DNA from: a virus
Taxonomy: Duplodnaviria; Caudoviricetes
IMG/VR virus record: IMGVR_UViG_3300031908_000001
Coordinates: 44,493-108,492 of that record
Direction: 5' to 3' (one strand)
DNA: 64,000 bases
Positions 28,985 to 41,172 of this stretch are shown here, piece by piece. The notes beneath the pieces were generated by a model, which was not told the origin of the DNA, searched no databases, and saw only the letters and a program-made list of their open reading frames with translations. Position 1 is the first letter of the stretch. Each line of letters starts with the position of its first letter. The position numbers and the translations under genes were made by a program.

Positions 28985-29461
28985 CTTTTGCAGATATTTC
29001 TCCTTGTTTCCAATACGAACTTGTTATCTGGATATTTCTCGCTATCAAATGTCATCATAACTACTTGTAAAGTCTAATTTATGATATTAGCATCCTAAAT
29101 GGCAAATGGCCCTGTAATTACAAGTTGTAGTCTTTGAAACTACTAGAGATGAGGATCTGTCATCTTAATATAAATGTTAAGATGAATACTGTAAGGCTCA
29201 AGCCGAATGTAATTTCTAAAATTATCATCTGCTTTGCCATTTGAATAAATTCTTTCATAATTCTTAATGTTTAGTCAAAATAATTATAAGCCGCTACTAC
29301 AAACTTCCAACCCAATACTATTATGAATATGTTGATTAGGTGACCTATTGAAAATATTCCTCCGATAGATGCTAATATGATTGTGGTTGTAGAAGTCTTC
29401 ATAATCGGTTTCTTTTATATCTTAATTAAAGGTAAGAATAAAAATTGACTTATCAAAACTT

Positions 29462-31934
29462 TTATAAGACTTTTTTATAAGTTATTTTAAATTCTTTATC
29501 TCCTCTTGGATACATATGATATGATGTATAATATTTAATCCAGATAAACAAAGAGAATTGGGCTCCAGTCCTATTTAGGACCCGATAATATATTTTATAA
29601 CTGTGGATGTCATTGAAGTACCTGGCGCGGTCTAGATATTGCTCCAGGTATGCATTTATTTCTCTCACTCCCCGCTCTGGAAATATAAATTTATGCATGT
29701 AATCATTTACAATCTTTGTTACGTTTCCTTCAATATCATTGGATGCTGCCATCGATCTACGTAATTGCGATGGGTTTAAATGTTCAAATACTCTTATCAT
29801 ATCTCTGTCTCAGTTATTATCAAATATTTGTATTCGCCTATTGCGCTCATGAGGGAGTCTAATGGACTCCTTAACCATTGCCTAGGTTTATTATAGGAAT
29901 AGTAATATTTAACCCATTTTAAATTAAAAGATCCTACCACCCTCTCTGCTATCTCTTCTTTGTTGGGTAATTGAAGAAAGTCTTCTATTGAACCAGAAAA
30001 TATAACTGTTGGGAAACCTGTCCATCTATAGATGTGTTCTTGCTCCTCAAATTCTGTATTATCCTCGAAAAGGTTTATCTCATGCCTCTTGCCTTCAAAT
30101 TCTTTGAGTAGGATTGTTTTAGTTTCCATTGTTAATCGTTTGGATCATTTATGTAACACCAATGTGTGACTGTATAATTTTTAGCAGATCCGACTGACCA
30201 AGTAGCCTTTGAGTGTTTATCAAAATACCTCTGTTTTACGTCGGGGCATCGCCATGACAGATGATAAAATAAAGTGCCATCTTCGTGAATCCCTTTAATA
30301 AAAACATCCTCAACATTTTTAGGCAATCTTTCCTTTGTATCTATCCATATTCCCACAATTTTATTTTTATCCAATAAATCACCAACGATCTTATCGGCAT
30401 CAATAAATTGCATCTTATCTACTGTTTCATTTACAGTATCGATAAAGCTTTGTATTATTTTCTTATCCATTCTCTTTCTTTTTATTAAACTCAATTGCAA
30501 AGTCTGATACTGTTAGCCAGATAGCGGTTCTAAGGTCTTCGTCTCTGTTTCCGGTTCCCACTTCTACCCCTAAAGCGTTAGTAAAATACACTCGATGGTC
30601 CCCGAATGCGAGCTTTTCAATTACACCAAAATAACCTAATGATTGTATGTGTTCGTAGGCTGGCATTAATAGGCTCCAATCATTGTGATAATTTTTTCTC
30701 TGATACTTTATAATTCTTACTATCGCCCCACATTCCATTATCGCTATAGCCTCATTTCTCTTTATTGTCTCCTCGGTTGTCATGATTAAAACCCTCCTGA
30801 ATCTAAGTAATTAATGTTTTTAACTTCGTATTTTTCAATTCCATTCAAGAATTCAGCAGGAGCTTTTTTGTCCTCACCTGATGCCTCATTATAAATATCT
30901 CTATCAACTGCAAACAAATAATTATCAATCCCACAAAACACCAATTTGGCATTCTTACATATCTTCATTGCTTTTTCAAGCTCCTTTAAAGCTTCTTCCT
31001 GTTTCTTTGTCATTCCTTTGGCTTTACTTATTCTTATTTATACACTTTTCGCAAGTTGGTGGCATAGAAGTATCAGACCATCCATATCCTCTAACTCCTG
31101 GTTTAGCTCCGCATAGTGCTTTGTCACCCCAAAATCCATTAGTTGTATAAGGTAGGGGTGGAACAAGATGTATTATAATACCAGAATCTCTGTGAGCACC
31201 ATTAAAACTACGCCCAGCCTTATATGCTGAAACTACATTTGAGTTAATTATATTTTCTTTGCTCATATCCTTAACATTTAATTGCTTTCCGGTCCTTGAT
31301 TATCTCTTCCAGCTTCTCATAGAATGTATCTGGATAGTGCTGGTATATTCTGGCTACTTCCAGATAGTCCATATTATAGTCTTTTGCTGTGCTTGCTATA
31401 AATGGATTTTGTTCTTGTACTTTGTTCATCTTATTTATTAGTTTATTGTTTTTACAAATGTAAGAATTGATTTGAATCCAGTTGATACATTTGAATACTG
31501 GCAAAGGTATAGTTCTCCACTAATTCCATAATTTTCTGCATCCTCAATACTTTTAATAAAATTCTTAATTGGTTCTGCATGAAAGAAGCCCCTATAATTA
31601 TTACATTTGCCACAATCGCAACTAAAGTTCAAGTCTTCTTTTTTATATATTTTGTAATGTGCCTGCATAATTTTTAGATTATTTAATTCCCAACCTATCT
31701 TAGTAGAAGAGCTGGGAAATCTGATACATTGAATTGTCTTAAGCAAATTATTTTTCCACCACCATTTTCTTTGCCATGAACCAAATTTAAAGATTCAAGA
31801 ATCTCCAATGCTTCTTGTTCAAATTCTCTTGAAACAGTCACATACAACATATTTGCAAGTATTGCACATCTTAATATGTTGATGTTTTTAGATTTCAAAG
31901 CTGCTCTTACTTCTTTTGTATTTGGAGTTCTCAT
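29462..31934 (-). other. run of small hypothetical ORFs, including DUF551-like 30132-30500
   Basis: WIDTKERLP...VTHW motif in 30132-30500; coupled ORFs from the promoter at ~31959-31997. Confidence 0.6.
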
Positions 31935-32019
31935 AATCTTTATCGTTTAATTGTTAAGTAAAGATAAGCATAATAAAAATATGATCAAAACTTTTATCAC
32001 ACTTTTTATTACATATTTC

Positions 32020-32935
32020 TTACTTCTTTATGATTAGTTCTTGTTCCAATACTTCTATAACTCTTTCTAAAGCAAGATCTGCACTAAAGTCTGTATATTC
32101 TGTAGTATTATTGTTTTCATCTACTGCCCACTCTATATGAAATCCTGATTTAATAGCTATGAGGAGCTTATCTCTTAGAGATTGTTTTTGCTTCTCTTCT
32201 TTCTCTTTCTCCTCCCCAGTTATATTGATCCAAGTGCCATCATGCAAAAGTTCGTTAACATGCTTCTTATTATACAAACTTTGATCACGTCTATAATCTA
32301 CAATCCAATAAATATATACGCAATCGTCGTCGTACTTGCATACTCCTACATTATAAATGACTCCATCTCTATCTTTGTGAGTGAGCCGGTCTCCTATTTT
32401 AAATAAATCTTTCATGATTATTTAGCTTAAATTGTTTTCAATATATTGTCTTATCTCCTTAGAGAGTTTTGCCAGCTTAAAATCCTGGCAGATTGCATCG
32501 AGCATGATTAATTTATGATAGGCTTGAATCTTATTGAATCCTCCATTATTAATTTTCACCACGATATTAAAATGTGTCCGAAGTGATTGTTCTAGGTTTT
32601 CATTAGATGCGTCCATTGTCTTATTTGGTTTATTTTATGTTTGCTTTTGGTGCTCATAGTACCAGAAAGAGTTAATATTAAAAACTAGATCCGGCTTGTA
32701 TCATTATGCCCATATTATTATCTGGCCATATTAAAGTGTACAGGTCAACCCCTATCGCAAATTCAAATTCATTTGTCCACATTTGCATGTTTCTGAATTT
32801 CTCTCCTGTATACATTCCACTGTCTCTTATAAATTCAGCAGTGGCCTGAGTGATCTTTGTTTTCTGTCCTGGCGATAGGAATTCAATCATTTTAGATAAT
32901 GATTCTTTCGATGTTGCATTAATTACCTTATTCAT
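32020..32935 (-). other. hypothetical ORFs (32020-32415 with SH3-like N-terminus, 32422-32616, 32678-32935)
   Basis: Co-oriented short ORFs. Confidence 0.55.
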
Positions 32936-33103
32936 AATCTTAATTTTAAGTTTTAATTATCTGTAAGAAACTTGAGCTGTCTCAAAACTCTTAGCTGTTT
33001 CAACCGACATCTTCTCAGCTACTATTACTAAAGCTACGATGTTTATTGTTAAGGCGATAAGAGCGATTATTACAGTTTTCATTTCTTTGTTGTTTTGTTA
33101 TAT

Positions 33104-33172
33104 TAAAGGTACGAAGTTTCTAATTAGAAACCAAATTTATTATAAAAGTTTTTATCATATTTTCTTACGTAA
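33104..33172 (-). promoter_or_regulatory. promoter cassette copy 2
   Basis: TACCTTTA; GTTTCTAATTAGAAAC at 33116-33131; ATAAAAGTTTTTAT at 33142-33155. Confidence 0.75.
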
Positions 33173-33330
33173 GATTTGATAAATTGTACTTTTTCCTTCT
33201 AAAAGTCGATTTAAGTAAAAAATTTTCGGCAAAACACTTTTTTTGATTGGACTTTTCTAATAAAACAAAATAGCGACAAGAAATATATCCTGGCGCTATT
33301 CATTAAAACTTATTTATATATGAAGATTAT

Positions 33331-33738
33331 TTACCTAATTTTTCGACTTTTTAAGTAATCTTTGGCGCTATAGCTGCCAATATGTGGTAACTGTTTTTGC
33401 AGAGCATACCCATTCATCATAGATATCACCTCTTCCTCTGTGTACATCTTATCCGGCTCCTTAAGATCTAATACGGCTTCCTTGGCCTTGTTCCAGTCTT
33501 GTGGCAACAAAAGAACTTCTTCAGTCGTGCTATTTGGAGCTAAAGAGGAAATATAATCAATAGATAATTGATCACAGGTTTTTGATATTTCCATTATTTG
33601 ATCAATCACCAATACTCTTACCATTCCCGCTGTTTCCTTATTTCCTCTCCAATATATATTCTCATGCATTAGCCATCTTTGGAATGCGTGACACAAATCT
33701 TCATCAACTGTACTAATTAATACTCGCTTGTTGCTCAT
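33331..33738 (-). CDS. hypothetical protein, tandem paralog of 33713..34123
   Basis: AFQRWLMHENIYW / LPQDWN / MYTEEEV. Confidence 0.65.
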   Translation of the reverse strand: MSNKRVLISTVDEDLCHAFQRWLMHENIYWRGNKETAGMVRVLVIDQIMEISKTCDQLSIDYISSLAPNSTTEEVLLLPQDWNKAKEAVLDLKEPDKMYTEEEVISMMNGYALQKQLPHIGSYSAKDYLKSRKIR

Positions 33739-34123
33739 CTCTTTTTATTTTGTCTTTGATAAAATCTTTGAATAGCTCATTACAATAAGCTTCAGTTATT
33801 ATAGCACCATTATCATCTTGTATTGCGAATGTTATGGCGTCTTTCATATCCTGGTCGGTCCAGTTCTTAGCTGGTGGGGATATCATCTCAAGTATTAATT
33901 TTGTTACCTCATTCCAGTCTTTTGGAAGACTGTGGGTTATTTGCAATCCATCACCTGGAGCTACTAGAACTACCTTATCTGCAGTATCAAAAATAAACAT
34001 TATCTCATCTACCTCAAACGCCATTCTTCCGCCACCAATCCAAAATATTCCTTGTTCAAAACACCACTCTTGTAGTGCCTTGCTTAAATGCTTATTTTCT
34101 GCCCTTACTACTATTTGCTTCAT
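33713..34123 (-). CDS. hypothetical protein, tandem paralog of 33331..33738
   Basis: ALQEWCFEQGIFW / LPKDWN / NWTDQDM. Confidence 0.65.
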   Translation of the reverse strand: MKQIVVRAENKHLSKALQEWCFEQGIFWIGGGRMAFEVDEIMFIFDTADKVVLVAPGDGLQITHSLPKDWNEVTKLILEMISPPAKNWTDQDMKDAITFAIQDDNGAIITEAYCNELFKDFIKDKIKRDEQQASIN

Positions 34124-34125
34124 CG

Positions 34126-35433
34126 TTATTTTGAATCAAGTGTCAAATCTATTGATATATGTTTTGGGCGATGAGGTGGAATAAATGAAACCTTGGTTGA
34201 AAACGCGTTCCCTATCTGCTTACCCCTTTGCTCTATCCATACAAGATTCTTTTCCGGCTGATTGATGTACTTAATGCCTCTCCATTTTAACTTTCCTTTG
34301 GTGATATCTCCCTTTATCTTTGGCTCTGCGTGCTGAAGGATTGTCTCTTTAAAAGATTTGTTGAACTGCTTTACTATGTCAGCTTGCATCTGTTCATATA
34401 ATTCTTCTGTCTTACTCTTAAGATGAAGCATATCTTCTTTCCATTTGCCAGCGTTAGTTATGCGCAGCGATACTTTACTTTCACTCATAACTTTTTCCTT
34501 TTGGATTAATATAATTCTGAAGTGTTTCAAATTCTTCTGGGGTTAATAACTCTTTGGCTGTCTTTCTCCAAAATTCCATTTCTGCATGTAATGCGCGGGT
34601 CCTGTGCTTAACTTTTCTAAGTTGCTTTTCTACACATTCCAATAATGAAACTTGGATATCTTTAAAATGTCTTGTATTTATTATTTTTTGCCCGGCTTCA
34701 TAGTCACTTATTTCACCATTACTAAGCTTCTCTTCAATCTCATAAATCCTAGTCTTGGACTCTCTTACAAGAGTTGAAAAATGAAGTTTCCATTCCGCCA
34801 ATTTAACTTCATTCATGCATGTATTTATATCATCTATCCCTATATTAAGCTCTTTACTATAGGGCTTATTTCTTTGTTGTTCACTCATATTATTATCTTA
34901 TTTAATACTGTTTCTGGCAATCTATCTATCTTGTATTGATTGCTGCTTCTGATGTTGTTTATATCCTCCGCGTAATTCAGCAACGATACTCTGGGTGCTA
35001 CTTTCCATTCTATGAAATCTCCATAGAGCTCCAGCGCCAATATCTTCTGGATGATGTTAGATGCTGCATCGCATTCGGCGGCCCATACAAACTCTCCGTC
35101 TACTTCTCTGAACTCTTTTATTCCTGGCACTGATCCTATCTTCTCCGCTTGATTACATATCCAATTGTAATACATCTTGCTTGCTCCTATCACCACTTCT
35201 TCATCTGGGTAAGTGTAAGTATCGAACCTCAATAATATGTTTCTCTTCTCATCAAACAATATATAGAATCTCTCGGTTGCATTGTCTCCCTGGAAGCTCT
35301 CATCATATATTATTTTAAATCCCAATTGCTTCAGTATTTTAAAGTACTTCGGGATGTGCATTAATGGTGTAGAATCAATGCTCTCACCTATCTCTAATAG
35401 TCTCTCTTCTGCTATGCTTATATAGGGTTTCAT
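34126..35433 (-). other. three hypothetical ORFs (34126-34530, 34481-34888, 34885-35433)
   Basis: Coupled ORFs downstream of the double operator at 35516-35559. Confidence 0.6.
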
Positions 35434-35597
35434 TATACGATCTTTTAAAACGTTGGTAAAATTATTACTTTTAGTTTAGCTTGGAAAAGACGTGTAATTT
35501 CTTTTCTTAAATTTAATAAAAACTTTTATCATTCGCTAATTTATTATAAAAGTTTTTATAATATTTTTTCCTATTAAACTTATTAATATAAAAACTC

Positions 35598-36428
35598 TTA
35601 TCGTTGAATTTTTGTAATATCTATATGAACTGTCCATCCCACCTTATTCATTATTACTTCATACTCTTTTATCTCTGGATCATAATCAAAATCAATGGCC
35701 GCTATTCTTTTATTGTTATCCAAATAATTTATAAGTCTTCGATCTAAATGTATTATTGTTTTCTTCTTTATTGCTCCTAATGGTTCTATTCTGAATATGA
35801 ATTTTCTTTTTCCATCTGGATATCCCGCTAATGATATTGGTATCTCTTCTCCTTCTTTTAGTTTATAGATTGCCAAAGGCATTTGCTCTTCTTCTTTCCA
35901 TGGCAATATATATGCTGGATAGATTGTTTGCTCTCCTAGATTTAGTATTGCCCTATTATTATTTTCTATTAATATTATTTCATATACTGCTGTATCTGGC
36001 AGAAGAAGATTTGTTATTTGGACTCCATCATGCAAACAATCCATGTCAGTAAAATATACCTCCAAATCTGGCTTGGTTGTTTTTATCTTATATTTTATCA
36101 CTCCATGTTCTTTTAGGTCATATAATGATATTTGAAGATATCCATCTATTGTAAATTCTCTTCTTATTATATTTGATGCTTTTATCTCATGTCTTCTTGG
36201 ATCATGCATGACTTCATTATAATATTCTTCAGATGGAAGATGATCTGTTTTTCTCTTTCCGATATTTATTAATGGGTCAAAATCATTTTTACCCCTTCTC
36301 ACTATCTCTTCTGTCTTTCTCATTAGTACTCTCATTCCCTGGATGAATTGGATTACTCTTGCAAGAAACCATAAGCCAATTATTGCGCCTATTGATATTA
36401 TTAATAATATTATTGTTTGCTTTTCCAT
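35598..36428 (-). CDS. membrane-anchored hypothetical protein
   Basis: 276 aa with N-terminal transmembrane helix. Confidence 0.65.
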   Translation of the reverse strand: MEKQTIILLIISIGAIIGLWFLARVIQFIQGMRVLMRKTEEIVRRGKNDFDPLINIGKRKTDHLPSEEYYNEVMHDPRRHEIKASNIIRREFTIDGYLQISLYDLKEHGVIKYKIKTTKPDLEVYFTDMDCLHDGVQITNLLLPDTAVYEIILIENNNRAILNLGEQTIYPAYILPWKEEEQMPLAIYKLKEGEEIPISLAGYPDGKRKFIFRIEPLGAIKKKTIIHLDRRLINYLDNNKRIAAIDFDYDPEIKEYEVIMNKVGWTVHIDITKIQR

Positions 36429-36440
36429 GTTGTTTTGTTT

Positions 36441-39400
36441 TTATAAATCTCTTTTTCTTATTTCTTGATACCATCTCTTCAAAAAAGAGTTTGGATACAT
36501 TTTCTTTTCTAAAGATTCGTAAGCCTGATCTCTTTTATGCTCTGTATCTTTTCTGTCTATTATTTGCCACTCTCTTTCGTCTCCCTGAAATGATTTTAGT
36601 GCGAAAGCTTCAATAACAAATTTCTTATCCTTGCTCTTTATTGATGCCTTTGTTTTATTTGGTGTAGGCTTTTCTCTTTCTTCTCTCATCTGTTTCTATT
36701 GATTATTTTCTCCTTTTCTTCTTATTATGAATCCTCTGTCTGGATCTCCCTCTTTTCTGTCTCTAAATTCACAGATTTGAGCAATAGAAGTTGTGCGGAT
36801 GGATCCCTTAATATTTTCTAAAAAAGACCATTTTACCATTTCACTTGGTATTGTTATTCCTTTCCAAGTCTCTGTATTTCTTCCCATTCTCTTAATCGCC
36901 TTCTTAATCTTCCTGGGGAGCCTGAATTTCTTTGCTCTGTATATCATCTCTCTTTAGTCTTGATCTGATACATATAATATATCAAATGGAGATATTATTT
37001 TTATCTGTCCTTTTTTGCACTCACACAAATATCTGGTAAAGGATGATGACAATATCTTATCAAGAACTTTAAGCTCTATTTGCTCTTCCTTAATTTCAGT
37101 CTTGGCTACTATTGTTTTTCCTATTATACTCATTTCTATTTTTGTTTAAAATATGAAGCCGCAATAACTACATGATTTCCTTAATGAGCTTTTGCATTGA
37201 CAATATTTACACTTAATTGTCATTGATCCTGCATTGCTTTCTTCTTTGTTGCCAGACATTAAATTTGTATCAAGATCAAATCCAAATCTTTCAGGTGATT
37301 TGGTAACTTCTCTCTTCCTGATCTCCAATATCTTCTCATATGTATGAATAATTATTTCATCTGGTATGGAAGTTTTAAATGGTGATAAGCTATTGCCGCC
37401 TGTGCTTAGTTGAAATCTCCATTCCTCTGTACCAAGCAAGTTTAATTGAAAATATACAATTGTTTCTCCACCATATTCCATATTTATTTGATTCCACCAT
37501 CCGTCTATAAACTTAAAGCTAATACCCTCTATTGAGGAAAACAACTCAAACAATTCAGGATTATCTTTTTTAAATCCATCGAATAGTTTATTTTGTGCTT
37601 CTGTTGCTCTCTTTATTTTTGCCTCTTTGATCTTATTGTATGCTTCTGTTAGCTTGTCCATTATTTCTTTCTTTTAAAATACTGCACTAATCCCACTATA
37701 CTTGTAGATACGCCTAGCATTACTCCAAATATTACTGCTGCAATTAAACATCCAATTAATTGTTGTCCTGTTATCATATTAATGGAATATTTATTCCAGT
37801 TACGCCCGACATATATTTTATCTCTCTGTTTAACATTTTTGCAGCATCTTCTTTTGACATCATGTTGTGGGGAAGAGCTATTACCTTCTTTAATTGCCCC
37901 GCTTTTATTGTGATAGCTTCAACGTCTTGATCAAATGATAAAAAGCTATTGTTCTTAATCATTTCTTTTACTTCTTGAGTTTTCATTTGGCTTTTGATTT
38001 AAGTTGCTGTGATACACTAATGGTATTCCAAATGAAAAGTACATAAGAGCTTCAAAACTATCCGGCAAATGATTTTTCATTTCAAGTACCGGTGGATCTA
38101 TTGTTAGTGGCATGTGCCACTTCTTATAACCTTCAAAGTTTGGAAATACTTTTTTCTCATAATCATATCCCAAAAGTATGCCAGCATGATAATATGCATT
38201 GCGAGTAGACATTCTTTCCCTCTCTGTTCTGCATAGAAAATCTATATAACTCTTCATCCACTGCTGCAATAGATCTAATTCTTTATCTGAATCCATTTTA
38301 ATTTTAGGTTTTGTCTTAATTATGGAATTTTAGCTAAAAAGTCCATTTTTGGGAAATAATTCTTTATTTAAGAATTATTAAGTTGTTTTAGTAATCTGGA
38401 AATGTAAATTGTCACAATAAAATATCAGACTCTTGTAGCTCTTTCTTCCGAAGAACTGATTTTGTTCATATGGTGACTCATATCTCTCTATTCCTATTCT
38501 TCTTTGACTAAAAGATTTTACTGAATCACATGACAGATTATTAGAATTCCAAAAATATAATCTATATGAAGTATTTTTGATTTGAATTAATAATATCTGT
38601 CTTCTCATTTTTATTATAGTTGTGATACAGTAGATAAAATAACAATAATCAATATATGTGCAATGGTTCTTTTGAATCTCTCAAATTTTCTCTCCTCTTT
38701 CTCCTTCTTTGCCTGATCCACTCTTAACATAATATCATTTATTGTGGCCGCTGAATCTTTATGAATTGGCTTAATTTCTGTTACTATTGCTCTATATTGA
38801 ACCTGTTGTGAGCTTGCTTCGGTACTCAATAGGAATAAAAATCCAATAAGAATTATCTTTAAAATTTTACCCATGATGGACTATTTGTGAGAGTTATTTC
38901 TTTTAAGAGATCTCTTACACCACGAAGCTCAAGTTGATCTTCGGAAGCTTGTTTTTTCAAATAATCCTTTATTACTTCTTCCACTGGCCTTGCTTCACTC
39001 TTCTTGGTTGCCCAGGGATTATTTATATACGTTGGACGATGTGGTTTAATAATAAATTTCATTTTCTTTCTGTTTTTGTTTTGCTATAAAATTATTTAAT
39101 GCACCATCTGGTGAGCTATTTGAATTGATATTCTGGAAACAATATTGGGCAAAGTCTTTCATATCTTGTCTTGTGAAAGACTCATTGCCGGCGTTTCTCT
39201 TCTTGCTATCCTTCTTTAGATAATCTCTAAGCCATATTGATGCTGCAATCAATCCACATATAAGTGCCGCTGATCCAATTCTTACAAATATTTCTAGCAT
39301 TGTGTTTTTCGTTTAATAAGATTCCGGTAATATTTTCCAAATAAAAATTTTCTACTGTGGCCAGCCTCTCTTTCTAATATTTGAAGTATTAATTCATAAT

Positions 39401-40661
39401 ACTCATTATTCATTTTAATTTTCTTAATTTCATGCTTCCAGACCATTCTTGCCAGTTCATGCAATTGGAATGTCAAAGTTCTTTTTCTAACATTCCATTC
39501 CCAAAATTTTAAAAGTAAAATAACTAAGGCTACTGCCAATATTGCCCAGAATACTGAAAGGCCTATGTATTTATACATTATTTCCATTATACTATTCTTA
39601 AATAATCTTCCGGTGCTCCAATTGGCCTTATAATTTCCAGGCCATCATATGATGATATTGAATTTCCTTCAAATCCAAATGTTGTGCTGGCATAATTCAT
39701 TAGATCACAATATTTCTGTGGGCCTATCATTAATACGGATGGCCTATGTTGATTGCTTTCTATAAATTGATTTTTCAATTCTTCTATTTTTAGATTTATG
39801 TCCATTGCTATTATTTTAGTTTTGTGAAAATGGGAAAAGTTTAAATCTTGTCCCCAGATAAACTTTGTAAGGTGTATCTGGGGTGATTTCATGTAATGAA
39901 AATGATATTTTGCCGCTTATTGTGTCTCTAAATAAGGATTTTGGTGTATATATTCTTCCCTCCTTTACCCAGTTTTTAGGCTGAATTGCTTCAGGCTTAT
40001 CTTTCTCATCAACACATATAAGATAAAATCCGGCGATCATTGACATTATTTTACAAATACTTTCTTTACAAGTTGCTTTTGTTTCTCATCCACTTCATGA
40101 ATATCGCATAAAGCATCTACAGCGGCCATAAGTCCATTGAAGATATACTTGTCTTCATTCTTGTCAAACTTTGCACTCATGAAGGCTTTTTCGATCTCAC
40201 AAAGATCTTCTGGAGAGTATCCGGTGGCATCAATTTGCCTTTTTGATTCTCCTTCATAGAATTCCATTCTTACATTTCCAAAGAAACACACATCAAACCA
40301 TGCTGCTGCTCTGCCTTGCCAGAATACTCTATCTAACTTTCTAACTACCTTGACTCTATTAAATCCGGCAACAATATTTCCAACTCCACAGGCGGAAGTA
40401 GATTCGGCCTTTAAAGTATCATTCATATACGCAGCAACTAGAAAACTAATCGACTGCTGGAATTGTTTTTTGTTTTTCATTATTCTTCTCTTCTGATTCA
40501 TGTTTTAAACTAATTTTTTCAAATTCTAATCGCTGGTTAGCCTCTTTTAATTCTTTTATAGTTAAGTCTTTTTCTTGCAGCGCGGCCACAAGACTTAAAA
40601 ATACATCGTTTAAATCTTCCGGCTTGGTTTTTGGTTTTCTCTTAAAAATATTCCTTATCAT
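36441..40661 (-). other. array of roughly 15 small hypothetical ORFs
   Basis: Dense co-oriented ORFs; several have N-terminal TM/signal segments; 39046-39300 carries the FTRQDM module. Confidence 0.6.
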
Positions 40662-41128
40662 AAATTATTACTATTTTCTCTTAATCTCTTTGTAAGCTCC
40701 TCCTTGGTTATTTTTTCTTTTTGAACCTGGGAATCTTGAATATTAATTAACTTAATCTGACGTGTGTAAGTTACTAATGTGTATGGGAGCATGAATGAAA
40801 ATCCGAGTGCCGGAAGAATTGACCATCCCGTTAAGCTACTTACAATTAAGTAATAATATATACTCACTCCAAATTCAAATATTCCAAATACAAATGACTC
40901 AATAATTAACTTACGAATCACGCAAAATAGAAGAGCAAAACATAATAGCATTGAAATAAATGCTGCTTGCGCCTCCTTATATGGGCTCTCAATGCTTGAA
41001 AAAGAAAAGAAAACAAAATACAAATTTGGTGCATTTGCTACAATTGTAGCCATTGCCAGCCAAAGCGAAAAATGATTTGACTGTTGAATTGGTGATATTA
41101 AATCTATTTTCTTTTTCATCCTATACAA
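40658..41128 (-). CDS. multi-pass membrane protein
   Basis: Four hydrophobic segments; the promoter TATATTTG at 41126-41133 suggests the start is ATG 41119. Confidence 0.6.
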   Translation of the reverse strand: MYRMKKKIDLISPIQQSNHFSLWLAMATIVANAPNLYFVFFSFSSIESPYKEAQAAFISMLLCFALLFCVIRKLIIESFVFGIFEFGVSIYYYLIVSSLTGWSILPALGFSFMLPYTLVTYTRQIKLINIQDSQVQKEKITKEELTKRLRENSNNL

Positions 41129-41172
41129 ATATAATCAAAACTTTGATAATTAGAAATTTTTAAGTTACTTAA

